DNA from: a virus
Taxonomy: Duplodnaviria > Caudoviricetes
DNA: 64,000 nucleotides
Virus record (IMG/VR): IMGVR_UViG_3300042258_000341
Coordinates: 1 to 64,000 of that record
Direction: 5' to 3' (one strand)
Positions 27,474 to 37,521 of this stretch are shown in pieces (position 1 is the first letter of the stretch; each line of letters begins with the position of its first letter). The notes under the pieces were generated by a model, which worked only from the letters and a program-made list of their open reading frames with translations, was not told where the DNA came from and did no database searches. The position numbers and the translations under genes are program-made.

Positions 27474-28882
27474 TAGATCGTGCAAAATTCTACAAATTTA
27501 TTTACGCTACAGTATCTTTTCGAGAAACCCCTAAGTTTGCAAAAAGTTTGCGCAATTTATTTCCGAATATCGAAATCCCGTATGTAGATTTAAAAACACT
27601 CAACCCCAATTTAAAAGAGTCTCTTGATTCTTACTTTTATATCGAAGCGGATGATAAGTTTGCAGATATCTACAAAAGTCTTTGTAAAAGATTTCCTAAG
27701 ATTTCTTTTACAATACTGGGCAATATCCGGGGGAATGATATATTTTCTTTTTTTACTGCATGTAAGAAAGCAAATGTCGAAACCTTTAAGCCGGGGGATC
27801 CGGTAAAAATAATCGAAGGGGATTTTAAGAATTTATCCGCTCTTGTTGTAGAAGTACATAAAGATAAAATAGATATCGAATTTCCGTTATTGAACGAAAC
27901 AAAAAGATTAACTTGTAAACTGGCAGAAATAATAAAACACCCTAATTTTATTCCGATGGAAAGAGAAGTTTTTCAATCTCTCGAAAAAAGATATTTTGAC
28001 AGGGGTTGCAAGAAAGCTCTGATTCTGGACGGGATTAATATTTTGTATCGCAGTTTCTGTAATATTCCCAATAAATACAATTCTGCGGGTAATTTTGTGG
28101 GGGGTTTCTTAGGTTTCTTTTTTACAATCTTAAAATTGAAAGAGATGTATCCGGAATTTAATCTTTATTGTGTTTTATCTGAAAAAGACAATTGCCTCCC
28201 AGAAAACGCTTCTGATAGATTAAAGAAAGCTTTTTCTTTGAATATGCATTGGGTGAAAGAACTCGTGACCCATCTCGGGTTTAATCTTGTCTTTTCTAAA
28301 GAAGAGCCGAGTAAAAATTTAATAGGTTCTTTACACGCTCAATTGGAATTGGAGCATAAAGAAATCTTGATATATTCTTCGAATGAGATATATCAAAGTT
28401 TACTTTCTCGAAAAACATCTATATATATCCCGAAATTAACTTATCGTGGGAATTCAGAATTTTTAAATTACTCTCAAGCGGTTAAACTTTACGGGTTGAA
28501 AGAGACAAAAAAAATAATATGGGCTTTATGTTTTATCGGGAAAACTGAAATTCCTGTGACATCTATTTCTGAATATTACGTGAAGAAGAACGGCCCTAAG
28601 CAAAACAGAATTCGATTTATTGAATATGCTTTCTTATTACATGACTCCTCCACCTATGCGGATTTGAAAAATAAATTAAAAAACGATGTTAATTTTTCAG
28701 ATTTTCTCCCGGTTTTTGAACACAATTACAAGAAACTTAAAATAAACGACGAGATTTCTTTAGACATTGTGCAAAAACCTTATTCTTCCACAGATGTAAT
28801 TGCTTTGTTGGAAGAAGTGGAAATGTATAAAGAAATAGAATTGTGGGACAGAACTGAAAGAATTTTTCAAGGGATGTGGTAA
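27470..28882 (+). CDS. NusG/KOW domain fused to a degenerate 5'-3' exonuclease (Pol I N-terminal/FEN-like) domain
   Basis: FKPGDPVKIIEGDFKNL (KOW); ALILDGINILYRSF...GGFLGFF; later acidic catalytic motifs are missing. Confidence 0.7.
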   Translation: MIDRAKFYKFIYATVSFRETPKFAKSLRNLFPNIEIPYVDLKTLNPNLKESLDSYFYIEADDKFADIYKSLCKRFPKISFTILGNIRGNDIFSFFTACKKANVETFKPGDPVKIIEGDFKNLSALVVEVHKDKIDIEFPLLNETKRLTCKLAEIIKHPNFIPMEREVFQSLEKRYFDRGCKKALILDGINILYRSFCNIPNKYNSAGNFVGGFLGFFFTILKLKEMYPEFNLYCVLSEKDNCLPENASDRLKKAFSLNMHWVKELVTHLGFNLVFSKEEPSKNLIGSLHAQLELEHKEILIYSSNEIYQSLLSRKTSIYIPKLTYRGNSEFLNYSQAVKLYGLKETKKIIWALCFIGKTEIPVTSISEYYVKKNGPKQNRIRFIEYAFLLHDSSTYADLKNKLKNDVNFSDFLPVFEHNYKKLKINDEISLDIVQKPYSSTDVIALLEEVEMYKEIELWDRTERIFQGMW

Positions 28883-28885
28883 CTT

Positions 28886-29533
28886 ATGACTTCTTTTAAC
28901 ACTAAGCCGGATTTCTTTTCTTTAATTGCTAAAAACACCGTGATTGAAAACCCAAAACAACATTTAAAAAATGTTGTAAGAAACTCTTACGATTTTATTT
29001 CGAAATATTTATCTTTTCTCCCCCCCATAGATCAGGATATCGCCCGATTGTATTATGTTGATGGGTTGTCTCAAGACCAAATCAAGAATTTATTCGGGGT
29101 TTGCCAAGCTGCTGTTTCTCGAAGAGTGAAATATATTTTCATACGACTTAAATTTTTACTTCGTGCGCCGTCTTTAAATCCGGTACAAGTAAGAGAGGAA
29201 TTGCGGTTTTTATTTGACGATTCTTTATTCGAATTTGCATATATGTTTTATTGGGAATTAGCACAAAATAGGGTTAAACATTACATAGAAACTTCACAAT
29301 CCGGGGCGGCAAACAAATTATTAAAGATAATAGAAGCTTTGAAGGAAATGTCTCTTGCGGATATAGAGGAGAGTGAAGACCCTGACGATGAAAAACGAAA
29401 ATATTTAGCTCTCGTTTATCTGGACTATTTTCAATTTATCCACCGAAGATCAAATGTAATTACATTCGTCTTTAAAAAATCGGACAAATATAAACCTAAT
29501 TCTATTGTAACTAAAGAGTCTATTTTTTCTTAA
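28886..29533 (+). CDS. sigma70 region-4-like HTH protein
   Basis: LPPIDQDIARLYYVDGLSQDQIKNLFGVCQAAVSRR; second degenerate HTH (QNRVKHYIETSQSGAANK). Confidence 0.7.
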   Translation: MTSFNTKPDFFSLIAKNTVIENPKQHLKNVVRNSYDFISKYLSFLPPIDQDIARLYYVDGLSQDQIKNLFGVCQAAVSRRVKYIFIRLKFLLRAPSLNPVQVREELRFLFDDSLFEFAYMFYWELAQNRVKHYIETSQSGAANKLLKIIEALKEMSLADIEESEDPDDEKRKYLALVYLDYFQFIHRRSNVITFVFKKSDKYKPNSIVTKESIFS

Positions 29534-29605
29534 CTCTTTTTTCTGTTATAAAAGTAGTAATATTTGTATTTGTTAAAGTCTTATTTCAATAAATAGGTGG
29601 AAAAT

Positions 29606-30031
29606 ATGATAAAACATTTCTCACAAATGCGAAGATTTGCTCAGGAACCGGAAGAAAATCCTATTCCGGAAACCCCTGATATGGAAGATAATGTCACTGA
29701 TGAATTGGATATGGATGATGAGGTGAAACCTGAAGAATCCGTAGACGAAACTCCTAAAGACAATGATTCGGAAAAGAATGCAATTAAATTTAAACTTTGG
29801 GCGGAAGATGAAGCAAAGAAAAATGGGTATACCGTCGAGATAACCCCCTCTTCTTCAAATCGTGCTGCAAAAGTATTAATTGATGATTCTACAGACATTA
29901 TTACACAAAAAGACGCTGTAAGATTGTCTGTAATTCTCGATAACAATACTTTGAATTGGAAGTTGATGGATGAGCCTCTTGTTAAAAGTGGCGGTTCTTG
30001 GGTTATTAAGTTCGCTAAAACTGAGGTGTAA
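29606..30031 (+). CDS. acidic protein with an MIKHFS leader
   Basis: MIKHFSQMRRFAQE; AGGTGG RBS. Confidence 0.7.
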   Translation: MIKHFSQMRRFAQEPEENPIPETPDMEDNVTDELDMDDEVKPEESVDETPKDNDSEKNAIKFKLWAEDEAKKNGYTVEITPSSSNRAAKVLIDDSTDIITQKDAVRLSVILDNNTLNWKLMDEPLVKSGGSWVIKFAKTEV

Positions 30032-30037
30032 AACATA

Positions 30038-30418
30038 ATGGATATTTTCGAAGCTTCTGTTTTTGACAAACTTTCTAAATGTGTAAAAAGAGTAAGAAAG
30101 ACCGCTTGCCCTGAGTCGGAATTTGCTTCGGAAGTATTCGCAAGTGTCTTGAAATTTGAGACTCTTAAAAGCAAAGATCCGCAAGTAAAAATCTACCAGA
30201 CCGAGCAAGGTTATGACGTAAGACTTTCAAGACCGCATTTGGCTTTCGACTTCAACACTCTTATGCAAGAAGATAACAAGGATGTGAATCTCCTTTTTAC
30301 AAACGAATTGATGGAGTTTGAGCCGGATGAAGAGTTAATACATAAGTCGAAAGTCCCCCTTTGGGTGATTTGTCCTCTTCAAGGCGGGAACCGTGTTTTG
30401 ATAAAACGTGCTTGGTAA
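30038..30418 (+). CDS. hypothetical protein
   Basis: 126-aa ORF; LIHKS..LW motif. Confidence 0.65.
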   Translation: MDIFEASVFDKLSKCVKRVRKTACPESEFASEVFASVLKFETLKSKDPQVKIYQTEQGYDVRLSRPHLAFDFNTLMQEDNKDVNLLFTNELMEFEPDEELIHKSKVPLWVICPLQGGNRVLIKRAW

Positions 30419-30432
30419 AAGGAATTGATAAC

Positions 30433-31410
30433 ATGAATTACGATAACGAAAATATGGACTTCGACAGCGTTTCTTTCGATGAAGATACGGAAGGGGTTGA
30501 ATTAAATCTTACTGATGATGGAGATATCGTTTTAGATATGTCGGAATTAAACGATGAGAATGATATCCCTGTTTCTGTAAACATTAGCCCTAAATCCACA
30601 GAAAAAGTGGCGGAAGATGTCGAAGAAGTTATTTTAAATTTGCTTGAAGCGGGAGACAGAGATACTTTGCTTCTTTTAACCGGAGAACGCCCGGATTTAT
30701 CTTCGAATTTAGATAACAATTTACAGCAAGACTTTGCTTCCATGTACTCTCAAGCGGTTTTATTTAATCCTGCAATAAAATGGTATTCACGTTTATCCAA
30801 CATTTTACCAACAGATCAATTCTTTGTTCAGAACGGGCAATTACATATCCACATGCCGAAAACGACTTTTAAAAAAGTAATACAGCCTTTCTTGATTGAT
30901 TTCGATTGTAAATTTTATGAGAATTCCCCGATTGTGAAGTTGGTTTTAGATTGTGCTGAAAGAATTGCACAGTCTTATATTGAGAATACTCATAATTTAA
31001 ATCTCCCTCCCGTAAAGAAACGGGATGAAGAAGGTTTAGATGTGAGTAAATCGGGCTTAGAACTCTTTTTCGATACAGATGAAGTTGAACACGCTGGTTC
31101 TGCAAACATGCGGGTTGATGATAACGATTCTTTAAATCAGTCTGGAATAAGGGAAGTTCAATCTTCTTTAAATTTTGCAGACTTGTCAAACAAGGCTATC
31201 GCAAGTTACATGGCAGAAAATGGCTTTTCCAGTGAACAAGTTGCAGATAAATTAAATCAACACATTTCAGATAAAGCCCGAAGAAACGAAATTGAAGTTC
31301 TTGTGAATATGGCGAAAAAGATGCACAATTCGCCGTTACAACATTTAAGACCTTCAACCGCAAGAAAAAACCCGAATAAAGATGATTTTAAATGGGATAT
31401 GGATGATTAA
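30433..31410 (+). CDS. acidic hypothetical protein
   Basis: AAAGGA RBS before ATG 30433. Confidence 0.7.
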   Translation: MNYDNENMDFDSVSFDEDTEGVELNLTDDGDIVLDMSELNDENDIPVSVNISPKSTEKVAEDVEEVILNLLEAGDRDTLLLLTGERPDLSSNLDNNLQQDFASMYSQAVLFNPAIKWYSRLSNILPTDQFFVQNGQLHIHMPKTTFKKVIQPFLIDFDCKFYENSPIVKLVLDCAERIAQSYIENTHNLNLPPVKKRDEEGLDVSKSGLELFFDTDEVEHAGSANMRVDDNDSLNQSGIREVQSSLNFADLSNKAIASYMAENGFSSEQVADKLNQHISDKARRNEIEVLVNMAKKMHNSPLQHLRPSTARKNPNKDDFKWDMDD

Positions 31411-31412
31411 AT

Positions 31413-32090
31413 ATGGCACGAGATAAAGACAACATTTCTTTAAATGACCCTAATCCTTTTGTAGTTGATGATAAATTAAAAAAAATCGCAGCTAGAAATC
31501 AGGTTCCTCCGGATGCACAGGAGAAATTGGAAGCCTTTCAAAAAGATATCGAAAGGCTGAATGATCCCAATATGCCGTATAATGAAAAGTTGGATTTAAT
31601 TATCGAACTTAAAACCCGGATAGTTCCTTTGGTATTTAAAGAACTGTATGCTTCTTTCCCGAATCCAGAAATTTCTTTAATTGCCTCAAGAGCCTCTTTC
31701 GCCCTTAAAGAAGCTGCTGCAATTATTATCAAGAAAAGAGAATCTGAAGTTTCAGATGAAATTAATCCTTTTTCTCCGAAATTTCAGAAAGCTTTTTACT
31801 GGCTGATTGAATTGTTCCATCAAACTCTTGTAGAAAATGGTTGTGATGAAATTACAGTAAATAATGTTTTTTCTACTCTTTCTTCGAAATTGCTTGGCTG
31901 GGAAGAAATCATTGCAAAACAACTTAAATCTATTTCTTCTAAAGCTCTTGAAAAAGTAGAAAACCCCTTCATAGCTAAATTTAAAGAGGAGTTGAAAGAA
32001 TCCCCACAAGAAGAACCTTCTCTTAAATTGGAAATGCCGAAAGAACCTTTAAAAATAGACTTTCCGGAAGAAGAAGATAATAATGCCTAA
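31413..32090 (+). CDS. hypothetical helical protein
   Basis: 225-aa ORF in the head-gene region. Confidence 0.7.
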   Translation: MARDKDNISLNDPNPFVVDDKLKKIAARNQVPPDAQEKLEAFQKDIERLNDPNMPYNEKLDLIIELKTRIVPLVFKELYASFPNPEISLIASRASFALKEAAAIIIKKRESEVSDEINPFSPKFQKAFYWLIELFHQTLVENGCDEITVNNVFSTLSSKLLGWEEIIAKQLKSISSKALEKVENPFIAKFKEELKESPQEEPSLKLEMPKEPLKIDFPEEEDNNA

Positions 32091-32784
32091 AGTAGATACA
32101 GTTTTAAAACAACTTATGGAAGAACTGGACATTCAAGCCCCCCTTGAAGAATTTAAGATGGGTATTGAAGTTGAAAAAGAGCATACAAAAGCCGGGTTAA
32201 AAGACGGGGTTTATTCTGTAATCCCTATGAAATTACTTCCGATTGCTAAAATAGCTGCAGCACATTTAGCAGAATTGCCAGATTATTATACCCGATTGAA
32301 GAAAATGGAAGAAGAGGGTAAAAAACATGTTTCTGCAAGTAAAAAGCAAGCGGAAGCAAATCCCCGGGAATTACTCTTTAATCTTTTAGGGTTGAACGAA
32401 GCAAATAAAATCTGGGATACTTTTGCCCCTAAGAAAAAAGAACCTCTTAAAGACCCGGAAAAGAAAAAACCGGATGAAGAAGAAATAGATGACGATTTCT
32501 TTGCTTCTACAATGGGTTCGGAAATGTTCGGAGACGAAGAAGAAGCTATTTCCCCCGATGATATTGTAAGAAAACCTGCAGAACCTGTGACTGCTGCAGA
32601 AAACACTCGCCCCCAACTTAAAAAATTACGAGATCAAATGCATACAACTTTACATTATCTCGTGAATAAAGCCCTTATTGAAGCAAAAGGGGATGCTAAA
32701 AAATTTAAATCTTTACGAGAATTACGAGATTCTTTAAAAGATTCTCTTTTAACCCTCGAAAATACTCTGGAAGAGATGAAATGA
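32083..32784 (+). CDS. DUF5661-like domain protein
   Basis: FKMGIEVEKEHT...AKIAAAHLAELPDYYTRLKKME. Confidence 0.75.
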   Translation: MPKVDTVLKQLMEELDIQAPLEEFKMGIEVEKEHTKAGLKDGVYSVIPMKLLPIAKIAAAHLAELPDYYTRLKKMEEEGKKHVSASKKQAEANPRELLFNLLGLNEANKIWDTFAPKKKEPLKDPEKKKPDEEEIDDDFFASTMGSEMFGDEEEAISPDDIVRKPAEPVTAAENTRPQLKKLRDQMHTTLHYLVNKALIEAKGDAKKFKSLRELRDSLKDSLLTLENTLEEMK

Positions 32785-33497
32785 TAAAAAAATATTCTTC
32801 TTTGAAAAAAGAAAGCATCAAAGGGGAAATTACTTCTCCGGAATTTCAATATTGGTTCAATGGCTCTATCTTACAAAAAGATGGAGTCCCTATTTTGCTT
32901 TATCATCAAACCAGTAAAGAGAATGAACAAAAGATTCTTGAAGAAGGTTATGATATAAGCAAGGGGCAAGCTCGACTTTCAGATGAAGTTATGCCTGACG
33001 GAATATTTCTGAAATATGATGATTCGGATATTGGAATCGGACATGCTGAAAAAGAACAAAGAGCACAAATGGCTTTTTATGTAAAGCTCACAAATCCTCT
33101 TGTTGTAGATAACCGAAACGAACTCGCAGATTTCTTGAATCAAGATGTTGAATATCGGAAAGCTTTTGATGAAATTGAATGGACAGACAAAGAAGAAAAA
33201 CAAAAGCATGACAAATTGTATAAGGAAATGACGAAAGTTGAAAGGGGTAAACTGAAAGGTTCTCCTATTCACGATCAAGTCTGGGAACAACTAAATGCGT
33301 GGGATAAAAAAATAAAAGATTTGGCAACCGAAGCTCGAAATATCGGGACTGAATTTCTTAAAAGTAAAGGCTATGATGGGATCATTATGGAAAATGATAG
33401 TGGTTCTTTCGGAAGAAAAGTGAGAACCGTTGTTGTTTTCAGTCCAGAACAAATAAGAACAGCAAAACCAGATACAGAATTGCCGAAAAAGAAATGA
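32781..33497 (+). CDS. ADP-ribosyltransferase-like (ART-PolyVal type) protein; MIKKYS leader
   Basis: FQYWFNGS..DGVPILLYHQT, GIFL, KLTNPL, GYDGII, VVFSPEQIR. Confidence 0.78.
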   Translation: MIKKYSSLKKESIKGEITSPEFQYWFNGSILQKDGVPILLYHQTSKENEQKILEEGYDISKGQARLSDEVMPDGIFLKYDDSDIGIGHAEKEQRAQMAFYVKLTNPLVVDNRNELADFLNQDVEYRKAFDEIEWTDKEEKQKHDKLYKEMTKVERGKLKGSPIHDQVWEQLNAWDKKIKDLATEARNIGTEFLKSKGYDGIIMENDSGSFGRKVRTVVVFSPEQIRTAKPDTELPKKK

Positions 33498-35134
33498 TCA
33501 AAAAATATTCTCAACTTCACATATCGAAAGCAACAAAAGAACAGATAAATTCTGTTTCCAAGAAACTCGGACTAACCCCGGAACAGGTTGTTGCGTATGC
33601 ACATGAAGTTGATCCAACAGAGAAATACGAAGTTTGGCTTCTGAAACAAATGGGTTTCAAGAACATAATCCTTCCTGAAGATGCAGACAGAGTTAAGAAA
33701 ACCCTGAAACAATTTGAACAATTAAATCATCGCAAACAACTTAAGTTTCAGAATATAAACCAATATAAGTCTATAATGGATTTGGAAAACGAGATTGACA
33801 GTCTTCTCCCGAAAGAATTGTCAGATGCATATAGTTACGATGTTCAGGAATTCTTGAAATTACCGGGAGTTTCTGTATATGGACAGAACAATGAATGGTT
33901 TATTTTAAAAGTAACAGATCCTGAATCTCTTACTATTTTAGGGGATTCAACTGAATGGTGTACTCGACATATCGATATGGCAAAGAGGTATTTAGAAGGC
34001 ACTTCTCAATATGTTGTGTTTAAGAAACAAAACGGGAAGTTAATTAAATACGCTCAGTTCGAAGAAGATTTCAGTCAGTTCAAAAACGTAAAAGACCATG
34101 AAATACAAAAAGTGCCAAGTTCTCTTTATGATTTGGCAACCTCTAAATTAGAACCCCCTTGGAGTTTTGTAAAAAGAAATCCGAGTAAAATGTTTGATTA
34201 TTTGGATAAACATAAACAAGTGTATGGGAATCTTTTTCTTGGTGAATCTGGATTAAAAGCCTTGCCTGAGAATTTGACAATTTTTGGTGGTTTGGAGATA
34301 TCCAGTTCTGAGATTGAAATTTTACCTCAAGGTTTGAATATTACAGATTTTCTCCATATTGACCATTGTGTAAATCTCACTACTATTCCCTCGAATTTAA
34401 AAGTAAAAGGGGATCTATACATAAATCGCTGTCCGGAATTAAAAGAAATTCCTTCTACAATTACTGTAGGGAAGAACATGTCTCTTATTGATTGTGGCGT
34501 AGAATCTCTTCCAGACGGATTAACTATTGGTGGGGATTTAACTATTATCGGAAAATTTAATCAATTTCCTTCAAAAATAAATGTCGGGGGAAATTTAATT
34601 CTGGGCGGAACCCAAATTGCAGAATTGCCGGATAATTTGGTTGTTTCTGGGAGTTTAAATATAGGTTGGACACCTCTTGAAAAATTACCCGCAGGTTTAA
34701 TTGTTAGTGACGATTTGTATTTGGACAGAACAAATATAAAAGAACTCCCTCTGGATTTAAAAGTAGGCGGGAATTTAGATGTAAGCAGTTCTAAAATTGA
34801 AAGCATTCCCGCGAACCCGGATGTAAAAGGATATGTGATTTTAAATAATTGCCAGAATTTAACTTCTTTACCTGAAAACTTAAAGATCAATGGTAGTTTG
34901 TTTTTGGAAAAATGTGAAAATTTGCAAGAATTGCCGGAAAACATGGAAGTGAAATCTCTCTTTTTAACCGGATGTAAAAAAATAACTCAATTACCTAAAA
35001 GTTTGGTGGTTAAGGGAATAATTGTAGGCTTTAATCCACTTACAAAAAAACCATATTCTGAAGAGTATGAACGAAACCAAAAAGAAAAAGAAATGGTTAA
35101 ATCTGCTTTCTTGAGAAAGTTGAATGTGAAATGA
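33494..35134 (+). CDS. GxxTxWC-domain plus leucine-rich repeat protein; MIKKYS leader
   Basis: LGDSTEWCTR; about 13 degenerate GxLxL...LPxxLxV repeats. Confidence 0.85.
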   Translation: MIKKYSQLHISKATKEQINSVSKKLGLTPEQVVAYAHEVDPTEKYEVWLLKQMGFKNIILPEDADRVKKTLKQFEQLNHRKQLKFQNINQYKSIMDLENEIDSLLPKELSDAYSYDVQEFLKLPGVSVYGQNNEWFILKVTDPESLTILGDSTEWCTRHIDMAKRYLEGTSQYVVFKKQNGKLIKYAQFEEDFSQFKNVKDHEIQKVPSSLYDLATSKLEPPWSFVKRNPSKMFDYLDKHKQVYGNLFLGESGLKALPENLTIFGGLEISSSEIEILPQGLNITDFLHIDHCVNLTTIPSNLKVKGDLYINRCPELKEIPSTITVGKNMSLIDCGVESLPDGLTIGGDLTIIGKFNQFPSKINVGGNLILGGTQIAELPDNLVVSGSLNIGWTPLEKLPAGLIVSDDLYLDRTNIKELPLDLKVGGNLDVSSSKIESIPANPDVKGYVILNNCQNLTSLPENLKINGSLFLEKCENLQELPENMEVKSLFLTGCKKITQLPKSLVVKGIIVGFNPLTKKPYSEEYERNQKEKEMVKSAFLRKLNVK

Positions 35135-35451
35135 TTGTAAGATATTCCACTCTTAAGAAATTAGCCTCTCTTCGATTGAAAGACATTGCGGATGTAAAAG
35201 TGGATATGGAAGATGCTGACTTTTATGTGATCCGACGAGGGGATAAAAAACAAGTGGGTAAGCCGGTAAAAGATTATAACCCTGAACATATCGGAGTTAA
35301 AGTTACTCGAACAGATTTAATAGCTCCTGATTTCTTGTTTTACTCTTTAATGTTGTTACATTCTCAAGGTGTCTGGGAACAAAAAGCAACTGGGTCACTT
35401 AAACTTGTGAATATACAAACTTCAGATATAAAGAATATTGCTTTAAGGTAA
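35131..35451 (+). CDS. small HsdS-like protein; MIVRYS leader
   Basis: LRLKDIA...APDFLFYSL...ATGS..VNIQTSDIKNIAL resembles HsdS TRD boundary motifs. Confidence 0.55.
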   Translation: MIVRYSTLKKLASLRLKDIADVKVDMEDADFYVIRRGDKKQVGKPVKDYNPEHIGVKVTRTDLIAPDFLFYSLMLLHSQGVWEQKATGSLKLVNIQTSDIKNIALR

Positions 35452-35496
35452 TTACGTAATATTCTTTATTCTTAATAAAGAAGGTTGAAAAATTTT

Positions 35497-36264
35497 ATGT
35501 TTAAAATTGCGACTTCGAATAAAACAAGAGTAATGGCTTCTAAAGAAAATAAGAAGGAAGTTGAAATCGAACTTTCTTCGGATGATTTCTTATTCAGCCA
35601 AGCCAGTATTGTCTCTTCGGTAAATGTTGAACCGAATAGTTATTTTATCCACCCCCTTACCCAACGCTTTGTAAACAATAACGGGGATTGCTTCAGTAAT
35701 GAATCCTTAAGAGCTAACTATAAATCCTTTATCGGGGCTTACAATTATGTGAACCATGTTCAAGTCCCGGAGAAAGCTATTGGATTTATTTGCGATGCCG
35801 CTTTAAGGAAATTAATTCCCGACCCGGAACAACCAGATGTTCCTGTTTTTTATGTGGACATTTTAATAGCTACACACCGAGATAACCGGAAGATGGTTGA
35901 TATGATCCTCCAAGACCAAGTGAAGTATCTCAGCATGGGCTGTGACGCATATGTCTCTACATGTAGTAAATGTGGGAATACTTTCAGTGAGGATTATGAA
36001 CTCTGTGATTGTCTGGCAAACGATAAGGGAAAATACTATCTCGACCCTTACGGAAAACGGAGAATCATTGCTGAAATTCTTGGGACAGAAAAACCTAAAT
36101 CTGTAGATTTTATAGAAGCCTCTTATCTTACCGAAGTTCCTGCTATCCACGGGGCAGTAAAAAGAAACGTCCTGAGAATTAAAGAGGGTGTTTCTGTAGC
36201 CTTTTCTATGGAAGAAGATTATTTCAACAAAAAAGCGGTGCAAAAATACTTAAAAGGGAAATAA
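35497..36264 (+). CDS. prohead (capsid maturation) protease
   Basis: NNNGDCF, YVNH, GFICDA, LSMGC-CxxC, FIEASYL..PA; directly upstream of scaffold and capsid genes. Confidence 0.78.
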   Translation: MFKIATSNKTRVMASKENKKEVEIELSSDDFLFSQASIVSSVNVEPNSYFIHPLTQRFVNNNGDCFSNESLRANYKSFIGAYNYVNHVQVPEKAIGFICDAALRKLIPDPEQPDVPVFYVDILIATHRDNRKMVDMILQDQVKYLSMGCDAYVSTCSKCGNTFSEDYELCDCLANDKGKYYLDPYGKRRIIAEILGTEKPKSVDFIEASYLTEVPAIHGAVKRNVLRIKEGVSVAFSMEEDYFNKKAVQKYLKGK

Positions 36265-36291
36265 CAATCCTTTTCTAATTTTCTTACAAAC

Positions 36292-36337
36292 AAATAAAAC
36301 GAGCAAAAAGCAATAAGACTTTTTGCTCGTTTTATTT
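36292..36337 (+). terminator. long hairpin terminator
   Basis: 19-bp perfect stem AAATAAAACGAGCAAAAAG / CTTTTTGCTCGTTTTATTT. Confidence 0.8.
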
Positions 36338-36454
36338 ACGTCATATCGTGAAAATAAATAGTTAAAGATGTCATTGTTCTTTATACACTCTTTGATGAAA
36401 CAAGACATTGATAAATCTTGTTTGTCATAAATTTTTTAGATCGGAGTTTATCAC

Positions 36455-37495
36455 ATGAGAAAAGTGCTGTCAAAAGTACAAAAGGTTCGTGCGATTACTG
36501 CTTTTCAGCAGAAGTATGAAGCTTCTCTTGAAAAAGTTGATAAACTTGCCAACAGGATTTATAAAGCTTTTGAAAATCCTAAAGCCAAGTTTACAAAGGA
36601 ACAGATTGCGAAAGTCGCTGCAACTCTGGACTCTGCTGCAAATCATGTAGCGAAGGGCGCAACAACTTGTTTCACAAACCTGAAAGTGGCAATTGCTTCT
36701 GAAATTCCAACTGACCGTGTAGTTGCACATATTGAAGATGCTCACACCCTGCTTTCTAAAATTGCGATTCTTCGCTCTCAAGCTATTGCTTCTATCGCAA
36801 GTGATGAAGACATCAGTATTGATGAATCCGGACAGCTTGTAGATGAACCGATGGAAGAATCTGAAGACATGGAAAATGAAGAAATGATGGATGAAGAAAT
36901 TTCTGATGAAGAAAAGACTCCAGAAGAACTTCAAGAAGATATCCATGAAGATTTAGACATGCTTGTTGAAAAGCTTCAAGAAGAAGTGGGTGAAGAAGTT
37001 GCTGAACCTAAAGAAGCTTCAAGAAAAGCAAAAAAACAGTGTGGGGAAAGTAACCCGGATATGCCAAAAGAAAACCCGGCGAGTAAAGAAGTCTCGGATG
37101 TAAAGAAACTTCAATCCGAATACGAAAAAGAACCCACAATGAAAAATGCAAAAAAAAAATCAGCCGATACTCAAGCTGCGGATGCAGAACTGAATCCTGA
37201 TATGCCAAAAGAAAACCCCGGAATGCAAGAAGAGTCTTTGGAAGAACTCGTAGATGATTATGAAGCTTCTCCCTCAGATCCCGAAAATCTTGAAATGGAA
37301 GACAGCATGATTGATGATGCAGTTAACATGGAAATTCTTACCGACAACGATGTTGATCAATTAGAAGATGAAATGGTAACAAGCTCAACTGCAACTCTTC
37401 GTGAAAGAAAACTCGCTTCTTCTAAAAGAACCGCTTCTAACAATCCGGCTTCTGAAGATGATGTAATGAAAGACATCATTTCTTCTATGTTTTAA
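36455..37495 (+). CDS. capsid scaffold protein
   Basis: Very acidic; NPDMPKENP twice; many x-x-A-S sites; lies between protease and capsid genes. Confidence 0.75.
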   Translation: MRKVLSKVQKVRAITAFQQKYEASLEKVDKLANRIYKAFENPKAKFTKEQIAKVAATLDSAANHVAKGATTCFTNLKVAIASEIPTDRVVAHIEDAHTLLSKIAILRSQAIASIASDEDISIDESGQLVDEPMEESEDMENEEMMDEEISDEEKTPEELQEDIHEDLDMLVEKLQEEVGEEVAEPKEASRKAKKQCGESNPDMPKENPASKEVSDVKKLQSEYEKEPTMKNAKKKSADTQAADAELNPDMPKENPGMQEESLEELVDDYEASPSDPENLEMEDSMIDDAVNMEILTDNDVDQLEDEMVTSSTATLRERKLASSKRTASNNPASEDDVMKDIISSMF

Positions 37496-37521
37496 GAAAT
37501 AATAACAAGGAGATTTTTAAT

